This document shows, piece by piece, positions 48,043 to 58,317 of a DNA stretch of 64,000 bases. The notes under the pieces are model-generated. The model saw only the letters and a list, made by a program, of their open reading frames with translations, ran no database searches and had not been told where the DNA came from. The stretch lies in assembly GCA_000182565.2 (NCBI GenBank), contig KQ257458.1, one strand, 5' to 3'. The stretch comes from Spizellomyces punctatus DAOM BR117. Taxonomy: Eukaryota. Numbering within the stretch: the first letter of the stretch is position 1; the number at the start of each line of letters is the position of its first letter. The position numbers were made by a program, and so were the translations under genes.

Positions 48043-49514
48043 TCAGATCGCAGTGTGGAAGAGATATGATATGGACTCCCCATTGTGAGTCCGTCGGATC
48101 GCTTCGGCCAAGACGCCGCTGATATCGATAAAGTGGAGCTTCTTGGATGCTGCTTGTTTCCAGTCCGGAAATGGATACGTGTTTGTGACAATGACCTAAG
48201 GATTTTGCAAGAACGTTCCACGTTAGGATCAAGATGAACAAACTAACAGGACTGAAAGACTAACCTCATCTACTGCTTCGCACTCTTCGATTTCTTGGAC
48301 CGCATTTCCTGAGAGGATACCATGGGTTGCAATGATATAAACTTTATAGGCACCACACCGCTTCAAGTGCTCTGAAGAGTCCAAGAACGAATGTGTTCCA
48401 TCAATAATATCGTCCTTTTAGAGAATATATGAACGATAATCTTCATGTCAACCCAATGCAGTCATAGCGTACCAGCATGAAACAAATTTTATCCTTGACG
48501 TCTCCAACGAGGGTTAATCGGGTTTCGATGCCTTCCAGTCCGTCATCCTTACTATGAGCCGGTTGGTTAATGTGATACCGCTCCCGGTGAATCAGTGCAA
48601 AGTCTATTCCAAGTTTGTCTGCTAATGACGTTACTCTGTATACAACGTTAGAGTATCGATCAAAGCGCAAGCAAACGATAAAGATTGTACCTTTTGGCTC
48701 CGCCGGCATTCTTGGAAATGACTACACCATTTTGGTAATTTGGAAATCTCTCGCGAATGTATCTTGCAATGCAGGGCTCGGCAACTAGATTGTCTACGGG
48801 GCTTTTGAAGAAGCCTTGAATTTGTGACGAGTGGAGGTCCATTGTAATGATATGGTCGACTCCTGCGGTTGCAAGCATGTTTGCCACAACTACAAGAACG
48901 ACAGCATGTAAGTTTGGCGTTTGATCATTTTCAGCAATTTAAAAGAACTTGCGTTTTGCAGTGATGGCGCCTCTTGCCTTCTTCTTCTTTGACTGCTTAT
49001 TGTAAGGAAAATATGGTAATCTGCAATGCATGACCGTCTGATCAGTTCCACTGCCGTTTGACCGTTTCTTGACCATCCATGTTCGTTCGTCAACCTACAC
49101 AGCAGTGATCCTCCTCGCACTAGCAATCTTGCAAGCATTGATCATAATCAACAATTCCATCAGATGATCATTGATAGCCATCGAACCCGACTGAATAATA
49201 TAAACGTCTTCATTTCGCACCGAGACGCCAATCTCCACGGCTGTTTCTGCGTTTGAAAATCGTTTCATGGTTGCCGGTGCTGCAGGAATGCCTAGTCGAT
49301 CTATGATAAGCGCGGACAGCTCAGGATGGGACGACCCCGTAAAGATTTTAACCTGTGAAAACAAAAAGAGGTTTACAATTCGTGCTCATTTAACTGGGAG
49401 AGGACGTAAAAGAAAGGGAACGGGACGTTTTGCACAATAATCTATAGCTCCATAGGTACGGACGGACCAATGTTCCCAACAATTGTTTGACTCTGTCCAA
49501 CTGACCCTTCGCAT
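48043..49514 (-). CDS. PRS1: Ribose-phosphate pyrophosphokinase, fungal Prs1-type subunit (possible N-terminal extension from 49724)
   Basis: [94 protein letters not shown]. Confidence 0.92.
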
Positions 49515-49665
49515 ATCTTTTCTTCTTTGGCCTTCAACAACAGTGGGTACGGTCTCTACGTTTGCTATCGCAGCAGCAGGTGTATCCTCGCAATCGGACG
49601 GCGTGGTCAGGTCCACCTTGAGGAAGCAAGGTCTTGAAGAGGATGGGAATTCGCTTCGTTTTTTT

Positions 49666-49683
49666 CACACACACACACACACA
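49666..49683. repeat. (CA)9 microsatellite
   Basis: Perfect CA run. Confidence 0.9.
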
Positions 49684-50394
49684 TGTATGGGTTCCCAACA
49701 CTTGCAATCTTCAATCTGTGTCATGTGACTAGCTGATTTGCTTTCCGGATGGAGCCGTAATGATTCCAATGGCAAAAAGCCAAATCATTGATCTCCTTTG
49801 TCTTTTATCGCTTACCATCGAACAAATAATCCACATGGCAAGTTTGAAAGAGTCCAATATCTGGTAGCTCATCAAAAGGCAAGCAGGGCGGAGGGTAAAG
49901 GCGGGGGGAGGATTGGCCCGCAAAAGGAGAATCCCCAACCGGAGGCCCAACAAAGTCCCATTTTGGCGTTTGTTTTGTGAAGGGGCCGAACGGTTGAAAA
50001 TTCCACCCGACTCGGCGACTCCTTCTTTTTACGATCAGCACGACGGAAGAATTCCAAAAAGTGCTATCGAAATGACCTTGAACCCCAAAAGGAAGAAAAA
50101 AAACCTTCTGCATTGCAGTTCGATTTCTTTGGTAGTGACTCACGGCTGAGGACTTTAAAAAAAAAAAAAAAGGTTTCTACGCTCGGAGAACAGCGCAAAA
50201 AAAACGAACAAGACAAAAAAGAAGGCTGTTTGTTAAAAGTGCCGGTTGGGAGGCACGTTGACTTTATGAAGAGGTCAAAAAAAAATATCAAGTTGATATG
50301 CAGGGTCAACCCTTGCCTTTGGAATTGTCTTCCATCTCGTAGACCATAGCCCTTTAGCAACCTAGCAAAGTCCAAGCAACTGGCAAAGAGTCAA

Positions 50395-51316
50395 ATGCAT
50401 TTTGGACTCGGCCACCGCAAAAGCCAAGCACCAGAACCTGATGCTCAGCGCGCTCACTCACTACCTCGACGCCTCAGGTCATTTCTACCCAAAGTCCCAT
50501 CACCTCTTCACTTTGAAATAAAACCCAAACACTGCCAAAGACGGAGTTCTGTACACTCTACAGACTCGAAAACGTCTGATAAACGCTTACGCGAACCACG
50601 GAGGTCCTTGTCTGACGGACAACTTATCGTTCCAAAAGCAGCGAGCAATAGAGCAGATGACCAGCGACGCACCACAAAGTCTTTACCACGGAAAGTGGCG
50701 CCCCAAACAACAAGGTCCATTCCTTCTTCCTACCAGCTCAAGGGTTTTGCGGCCTTGTTCGCTGGCTTGGAGCTGCTAAGTGACTCTATGGACCCTACCG
50801 GGAAGACGTTGGAAAGCTTGCTGGAAAGCGGAAACATTGTCGGGTTGTACCTAGCGGGCGGTATGTAATGGGATGAGAAATGTTGACTCTCGGCGAACAC
50901 TAACAAAATATTTCGTGGTCCTTTCAGGCTGGAGCGAACCATGTCGGCATTTCACCCAACAATTGACATCCTTTTTCAGCAACAATAATCAAAACTTTAC
51001 CGTCGTATATGGTTCACTAGACCGCACACCAAGTGAACACGCCAACCACCTCTATGACACGGGATTCCTTTCATTACCTCATGAACCGCCATCGTCAGTA
51101 TCACCTCAAGGTACCTTATCCAAAACAGAAAAAGTGCTACGATCGCTAAATATTGAAGGAATTCCGAAACTGTTAATACTGGGTAAACATGGAGAGATGA
51201 TTACGATGCATGGGCGTTGTGTCGTGCAGTGGGGTGGGGAGGGTGCCGTAGATGCTTGGCGGAGGGGTGAAACCGGCCTGTACTCTTGTTTCGTCAAGAC
51301 GTTCAAGTTTTGGTGA
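50395..51316 (+). CDS. Nucleoredoxin/tryparedoxin-like thioredoxin-fold protein with an SxxC site and a disordered basic N-terminus
   Basis: IVGLYLAG|GWSEPCRHFTQQL, FTVVYGSLDR, LSLPH, IEGIPKLLILGKHGEMITMHGR. Confidence 0.8.
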
Positions 51317-51437
51317 TGTATTTCCATATTACTGTACAAATATTATTTAATGATTTAGCGCGAAGCGTTTTAATACACCCTGAAAGATATTTGGTTTTGA
51401 CAACTATATACAAGACAATGTTCCGGCCTTAACCGTG

Positions 51438-52614
51438 TTACGCTTTTCGCCGCTTCGTCGTGCCTTTTGTTGGAACCTTCCTTTGGGCGCCGGATTCCTG
51501 CGTTGTGACCTTTGCCTTCTCCTTAAAAAGCTTCTTTTGGAAGGCTTCAAAATCCTCATCGGCCAGCTCTGGCCCACCATTGGAACTAATGTCGTCCTTG
51601 TTCTCCTCTCCATCGTCATCCATTGACCTCTTCTTTCGCTTGCTTCCAGCCTTCTTTCCCTTTGTGTCGGCTTTCTTGGCATATTTTGCTTCCAAGTTCT
51701 GCACCAAAGCATCCATACGACTCTGGCCCCGTTGTTGTATCAGCATGCGAAGGCCATCTTCTCCTTCATCCTCTATAGATGCCACTCCGCGTCTTCGCGG
51801 GCCCTTTGCTTCCTTGTCTTCATACTTCCCTTTGATTTCTTGCCACAATTTCTCGGCCTCCCGTGCCTCCTTTTCCGATTCCCTTTTCCTCTTTGCAAGC
51901 TCCTTTTGGTCGATTTTGGTGAATTTTTTGTATGCTTTAACATCCCCACCGCTGATGGCCGCTGTCACGATTTCACGGACGCGATCGAGATCGTCAAATG
52001 TCATGAGGGGGACCGTTTCCAGAATATAGAAAACGTCGCCTTTGGAAGATTGATATGCTTCCAATATCTCTTGCCGTTCCTCTTCAGAGCCTGAAGACGG
52101 AATCAGTCAAATCTCCTCAGCCTTTCCTCATGGCTCTGTCCTCAACTCACCTTTGTATTTTTTCTCAAACTCCTCGATACTCTCCTTCGTCAGACCAACC
52201 CATAGCTGCCTAAAAAACTCCTCCCAAGTGGCATCGCCTTTATCTCCAAAGAAGCCGTCAGATTCACCTAGTTCCCCAGTCTGGTCGTAGTGTTTGCGTT
52301 TGACAGGATCTGATAAAACTTGGTACCATACGGCGATCTCTTGGAACTTTGCTGTTGCGGCGGCTTTCTCTTCTTCACTCGCCTTACTGAGTTTGTCTGG
52401 GTGATACTTCAGCGCCAGTTTACGGTATGCTTTCTTGACTTGTTCCTGCAGATAAAGTCGTTTACGGGGTTGTTAAAAAGCTCCTTTGCGCCTGACCAGA
52501 GGCTACCTCTGAAGCGTCTCGGGAAATATTAAACTCTGCATACAGGTCAATTGCCGGTTCGTCCATATCATTGTCGTCGCCCTGTGCCGTCTTTGATGTC
52601 TTTGTTCGAGTCAT
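51438..52614 (-). CDS. DNAJC9: J-domain protein, DNAJC9 type
   Basis: [56 protein letters not shown]-terminal EAREAE and acidic/basic tail. Confidence 0.88.
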
Positions 52615-52755
52615 GCGTGCTGCTCTGGTTTAGATTTCAATACAGATTGGACAGAGTTACCAGCACAGAGATGTCCCGGCAGCTGGACACTCGCAGATAA
52701 TTTATCCCAGAAAAGCAAGTATGACTCAGTGAAGGCCCAGCACTTTCAAGCGATG

Positions 52756-52770
52756 TTTCTGGAGAATTCG
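52756..52770. promoter_or_regulatory. Heat-shock-element-like motif in the DNAJC9/AHA1 divergent promoter
   Basis: tTTCtgGAGaaTTCg fits nTTCnnGAAnnTTCn with one mismatch. Confidence 0.4.
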
Positions 52771-52909
52771 GTCGAGTTCGTGTTTTGCTTGCAAACGCTG
52801 GCAGCTCTTACTTAACAACCATCCCGCCCGATCCTTCTCTCCTTTGAGACCGTTTCGGTCATCGCTGTGGTGCTCCCATATTTTGTTTCTCGTCAACGCA
52901 TAATACACA

Positions 52910-54219
52910 ATGACACAAACCCAGAACGGTACCGGGACGAACTGGAAGAATGTTAACAACTGGTAAGAAAATCCTAGCGATCGCGGCATTTTTCTTATGC
53001 CATTTGTTCACGTTGTACCGCTTTATGATAGGCATTGGGTTGAAAAAAACTGCATGCCTTGGGCCAAAGAATATCTTACAAAAGAGTTAACTGGTACCGC
53101 GGTGGAGAGTGGAGATTGTAAGGTTTCTGTCGAGGAAGTCCGGGATGTGACGGGGGATGTGGATATCAATCAGCGGAAGGGAAAGGTCATCACGATATTT
53201 GATATTGCGCTGACCCTCGGATGGACTGGTGTGTGAAAGTAGAAGAGCAATTGACTATCTGTCGATTCAATTTCTTATAAATTCTAATTACAGGTGAGGG
53301 ATACGGTACGACCGCATCTGGGAAAATCGTCATCCCAGAGTACATGCACGACACGGACTTGGATGATATAGTTGTATGTATCGTTCTGGAGATACATATT
53401 ATGGCGATAGGCTGACACCGTTCGGCTACAGTTTGATATATCATTGGATTCTCCAAATGCCGATCGGGAAAAGATTAAGGAAGTAGTGCGAAAAGATCTG
53501 ACCAAAGTTGTACGAGAAAAGCTTGGAAAGTTTGCAAAGGATCTTGTGGAAGGTTAGTTTAGATCGCCGCGCTATAGTTTGAAGGTTTCGATATTTACGA
53601 GCATATTCATAGCGCATCTCAAGGACGTGTACATTGCACCGGACGAAATGAAGGGCCACCCGGTATTGCAGGCCTATCAGCCCAAACCACCGGCCCCCGG
53701 TGACGCAAAACCCACTGCATCGAAGGGGAAGGAAGGTGTGCTCGGCGGCTTGACAACCATTAAACAAACGATCGAGTTTGTAGCCTCATCACAAGATATC
53801 TATGAAACGCTCTTGGACAAACAGCGGGTTCAAGCTTGGACACGAGGCAAAGCAGATATCTCCCGCGAAATTGGATCTGTGTTCAATTTCTTTGATGGCA
53901 ATATCAGTGGTACCATCGCCGAGCTGGTGCCTAACAAAAAGATTGTACAAAAGTGGCGATTGAAGACTTGGCCGGCTGGTCATTACTCAACGGTCACTTT
54001 GGATCTGAACGAGGGACGTGACAATACGATTCTGAAGCTCACCCAAAGCGATGTTCCGGTTGGTGAGAAGGATATTACAGAGAATAACTGGAAAAACTAC
54101 TACTGGAACCCCATTAAGGCGGCGTTTGGGTAAGTCTTTGTAAAAGCCAAACAAACTGTGCCGTTGCTGGCCGAGGCTAATACGAACTCTATGTATTCAG
54201 ATACGGAGGTCTTCTGTAG
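52910..54219 (+). CDS. AHA1: Hsp90 co-chaperone Aha1
   Basis: NVNNW|HWVEKNC (NxNNWHW motif), NQRKGKVITIFD, C-terminal AHSA1/START domain ending NWKNYYWNPIKAAFG|YGGLL*. Confidence 0.96.
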
Positions 54220-54515
54220 GGGAGCACTTTTACATATGAGGATTGGAATCAGGCTGTATAGATTGGGCTTAACTTTTGCAGAGAGCCAGCAGAAATACAT
54301 TGTACTTATTCAAAACGGTTAGAGAAGAAAAGATGTTGGTTGGGTGTGTGCTGATCGACTTGCACGTGATACAGATTGCGCGTTGACCTTTGCAATGCGT
54401 GAAACCTTGCTGGACAACGTCCTTTAACAACAATTATCCAAGTCGACTCCATATAAGTTCTATAGGAGCTTCCAATCACTGGCATCTTCCAATCTTCTTT
54501 ACAAGCGCTACGATC

Positions 54516-55284
54516 ATGTTGGTTTTAATTTATGCGCCCGAGGTCAAAGAGAGCAGGAAAAGACCATATTCATGTTCATAATTCTGTAGGGTCAAAGCAT
54601 CCAGAGCGTCAAGCGCCAAAGCAAAAGGATCACCAGCTCCACCCACAAAGAAGCAAAGGGTTGTGAATCCCCTGAATGTTACTTTTGAGTAGACGTTCCC
54701 GTTGACATTCCGCCACACCATTATTCGTTGTAGTTGGACGAAAATGCTGCAGACACACCCGGCTCGAGCCCGCCCTCGACGCCTGTCCAAACCGGAAAGG
54801 CTTCAGCAGCGGAGATCCAGGCAATGGACGTCAACTCTTTCCATAAACCGTTCAAAAACCCGCGTTATGCAGCACCGAAATCAGTCAAAAAGTTGAAACA
54901 GCTTGCGTCTGCGGATAAAGCTTTGGATATCCCGATGGATGTGCCTACGTGTAAGTAGCTGTCGAGACCCGCAATATATGACTCAAACTCATAGTCGATT
55001 ATGTTTTGCTTGTAGACTGGAACATTGAAGCACCACCCTCTTTCCTTCCTCAAAAAAAGTATTGTGATGTTACGGGATTGGAGGTAAAATATTACTTTCA
55101 TGCTCCTTGTATGCACTAATAGTCAACGCATTGACGATCATTCTTTGTCCAGGCACCGTATACGGATCCGAAAACGAGATTACGATACCATAATGCGGAC
55201 GTATACCAGTTCATACGAAGCTTACAACCACATCACATACAAACATACCTTGAGCTTCGCAACGCCGCTGTAAATCTACGATGA
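54516..55284 (+). CDS. IES6: INO80 complex subunit Ies6/INO80C (YL1-C domain)
   Basis: KPFKNP..KKLKQL, TYWNIEAPPSFLPQKKYCDVTGLE|APYTDPKTRLRYHN..YLELRNA. Confidence 0.92.
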
Positions 55285-55404
55285 AGATCAACACTGATAG
55301 TTTTTGTTTCTGTAATTATTATTAATAGGATTTGTATATAAAGTGGTGGCAGACCGACAGTATGCAAATATACAGCAGTATGGTCATATCCCGCGCACGC
55401 CAAT

Positions 55405-57723
55405 TCAAAATGGTCTCCCGCCACGACTGGCGCCACGCCACTGACCCCGCCCACCTCCATCGTAACCTCTCCCGCGCCCCCTTCCCCTTCCTCGAGGATG
55501 ACCAAATCCACGTCCCCGTCCCCATCCGCGTCCACGACCTCGTTCCCAGCCGTCACCAAACTTCTCACGTGAGGGGCCATGTAGGTCAATTGACGGTGTT
55601 TGTCGGCTCACCCTCTCGAGTACAGACTCTGCACCTGGAATCCCGCGAAGTAAATCTACATCTACATCCTCTATCCGGAATTCGGTTGGCCCAACTGTCG
55701 GTTCCTCGATCATAGAACTGGGAGCGGATGCGACAGGCGGGGTATTCACGGCCGCCGGGAACAGGGTATTTAGATTCGGTGCTGGTGGTAAATTGAAGGC
55801 ACGTTTTCGTGGCTCCGCTGGTAGATCTGAAGGAGGGGTTGAGGATGACAGGCGCGGATCACCGAGTTTCGGGTAGGAGGGTTGTTCTGTCTGAAACGGA
55901 TCTACTCGAGAGTTTGCAAACAAGTTAAAAGTGGCAGGTATTGTCGAGTCGTTGGATGGCAATTCAGGAGGTTGTCGAGGGCTGCTTTTAGCGCTACTCG
56001 AGCGGGATTCTGGTGTGAGCGCGATAGTATTTGGGATACCCAATGACGCTCGATATATGCCCACCCAATCAACGGCCCGAGGGGCTTCCTCTCCACCCTG
56101 CCCATACCCTTTCCTCTTTCGGCTGCTCCATCGCTGCTCTTCGTGTACTAGCCGTTGTACTTGTTCCTCTGTCAATTGGTCGTGCGAAAAGGGACACGAT
56201 GGCCCTTTGGCACAACCTCCTCTGGCATGAAAATAGACACAAGGCTCCAGTTTCAGATCGTGCGACCATGGGCATTCGTTCCCGCGGACGCATTGGCCTG
56301 ATTTGAAGAAACGACACGGAAGGCGTTCGCTAGGTACATATGGCTTGCCTTCCCCGGCGTGAGAGAAAGGGCAGTGGTTGCCCATGAAGCACCGGCCTGA
56401 GGCCCAGTATTCGCAAGGGGTTGTGGCAGCTCTTTCGCGGTGTTTGCGTTCCCGTTCCGCAGCGGCATGGCGGACTTGGGCTTCTTTTTGGGACTCGGAC
56501 GTAGGCACTCTTGCTTGTAATCGTGGAGAAGATGGGGCGGCCTCGGCTAGCAGGATGGGGTTGGTAACTGTGGTGCCAAATAGCAGCTCGAGTCTTTGGT
56601 GTCCTTGGAGTTTGGGTTCTGTTTCGATGTCATCCGTTTCCGGAAGAGATGAGTTGTCGGAAGCTCCATACGGTAAGTTTGGGGTGGTTACTCCCTTCTT
56701 TTTCCGTTTCTTCGACTTCTTCTTTGTCGTCTTGACCCGCTTCGCTTCCGGTCCGTCGTATGGGACATCATCAGCCTCTGATTTCCGCTTCATCAGCCGA
56801 TCCTGATCCATCCCCTGCCATTGGAGTGGGAGATGCGCTCCATTTCCATTTTGTAGCATCCAGGACATCGCAATAGGGTCAATCGCGAAAGGTCGATTCA
56901 CGTCGTCGCTCTCCGATTCTTCATTCGATGACCAATCATCGCCTTCGTCTTTAGAATCCTCCTCCAGACCTGTTTGACCTCCTTCATCGTCTGTTGATTG
57001 TTTCACTTCTGTGGTTGGCGGTTCCCACGAATCGGAAACTTCCCCTTCCTCAAGCTCACTATCTTCCGCAGAGGTTGATTGGGTAGGTAGGGCCCCGACA
57101 ATGGGTAATGCAAAAGGAGAACCAGATGACGATCTACTGCCGTTGGAAAGGAGGGAATTGATCTTTGGGGCTACAGGCCGAGTCTCCGGCGACTGTTGGA
57201 TGGGAAGTGCAAACGGCTTGAAAAATGATTGTGGTAGGGATGCGGAAGACTTCCCTCCCCTGTTATCTCCGGTGACATTGACATGATTTTTGTCAAGGTC
57301 TGGATTATGGTGCTCTTTGCCGCTTTTGTCCTTGAGCTCCAGCGGCGAGTTGGGCGATGTAGGCAAGACTGGAAGGCTAAACATATCTGATGATATAACT
57401 TCCACTTTGATCGGGCCCGCTTCATCCCGCTTTGGTGGCTCCTCTTCAATGTTGGTCGACGAGTCGGTTGAGACAACTGTATCAACAGCATGTTCCTCAA
57501 AGCCTTCTTTCAGCCCCTCACCCCAACGACCTTGAGGAATGGTAGTAGACGGAACCTCGAGAAGAGGCACCGTAATAGAGCTGCTACCCACTTGAGAAGA
57601 ATTTGGGTTTATGTATATACCACTATCAGACTGCGTTGGCAAGGGTGACGGTAGCGTACCCATAATGGCTCGACGACTCTCTGTGGTCGAGGTTTGTTGG
57701 TCTGTGTTGGGTACGTCAGACAT
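55405..57723 (-). CDS. Intronless triple-CCCH zinc-finger protein (ZC3H4/6/8, Su(s)-like) with an acidic patch, DPR motif and RGG tail
   Basis: CEYWASGRCFMGNHCPFSH, CRFFKSGQCVRGNECPWSH, PCVYFHARGGCAKGPSCPFSHDQLTEE; ELEEGEV; GDPRL; C-terminal RGRG/RGG. Confidence 0.85.
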   Translation of the reverse strand: MSDVPNTDQQTSTTESRRAIMGTLPSPLPTQSDSGIYINPNSSQVGSSSITVPLLEVPSTTIPQGRWGEGLKEGFEEHAVDTVVSTDSSTNIEEEPPKRDEAGPIKVEVISSDMFSLPVLPTSPNSPLELKDKSGKEHHNPDLDKNHVNVTGDNRGGKSSASLPQSFFKPFALPIQQSPETRPVAPKINSLLSNGSRSSSGSPFALPIVGALPTQSTSAEDSELEEGEVSDSWEPPTTEVKQSTDDEGGQTGLEEDSKDEGDDWSSNEESESDDVNRPFAIDPIAMSWMLQNGNGAHLPLQWQGMDQDRLMKRKSEADDVPYDGPEAKRVKTTKKKSKKRKKKGVTTPNLPYGASDNSSLPETDDIETEPKLQGHQRLELLFGTTVTNPILLAEAAPSSPRLQARVPTSESQKEAQVRHAAAERERKHRERAATTPCEYWASGRCFMGNHCPFSHAGEGKPYVPSERLPCRFFKSGQCVRGNECPWSHDLKLEPCVYFHARGGCAKGPSCPFSHDQLTEEQVQRLVHEEQRWSSRKRKGYGQGGEEAPRAVDWVGIYRASLGIPNTIALTPESRSSSAKSSPRQPPELPSNDSTIPATFNLFANSRVDPFQTEQPSYPKLGDPRLSSSTPPSDLPAEPRKRAFNLPPAPNLNTLFPAAVNTPPVASAPSSMIEEPTVGPTEFRIEDVDVDLLRGIPGAESVLERVSRQTPSIDLHGPSREKFGDGWERGRGRGWGRGRGFGHPRGRGRGRGRGYDGGGRGQWRGASRGGRPF

Positions 57724-58317
57724 GTGGTGTCCGGGGCGGTATAGAAACCACTCAAGTACTAGTTTCTTTCTTCCTTTTTTTTAATAACGATTCGAAGGTT
57801 GGCAATATGGCCGCCAGCAACGAGACGATCCGCGCATCAAGCAAGTGACCAGTACTGTTGTTACCATGGTACCCGCTGGGTCAGTCGCTGGCAGGAAATG
57901 AGACGAATGCCCAGTACAAAGATGAACTTTACGACTTTTGACACAGCACGCAGCCAACAATACGGACGGACAGAGCTGCAATATATCGATACTCTTATCA
58001 ACCTGACTGACCCATCAGTAAACGGGTGATCTTTTAGATAGATCATCCTTTTGCTTGCATGTTCAAGCACATAAAGTTCTTTCATCTACTCAACCACTAT
58101 CAGAAAAGTCAACAGTCTATTTTCCTGCTCGGAGAGTCCTTACTAGGTGATTTCGTGAAGGATTACTTGGACGAGACCGAGACTACCTCCAACTACGACA
58201 AAGCGCATCATTACGCATGTGTGACTACAAAGCACAGTCACTAAACACTCCAGTCAGCAACTCATTATCAACGTTCACTTCACTCCATCTTCCTCACATT
58301 GAAACCAAATCTCAGCT

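Noticed and set aside
49729-50375. Overlapping short ORFs in an A/T-tract-rich region
   Set aside because: Low-complexity K/F-rich translations of homopolymer runs; best read as the PRS1/nucleoredoxin promoter and leaders
3266-54368. CACGTG E-boxes in several divergent promoters (3266, 5271, 34646, 46036, 54363)
   Set aside because: Similar numbers occur inside genes, so enrichment is not evident by eye
57781-58244. Short ORFs between the CCCH gene and CSN6
   Set aside because: No coherent spliced frame or motif found; treated as a divergent promoter
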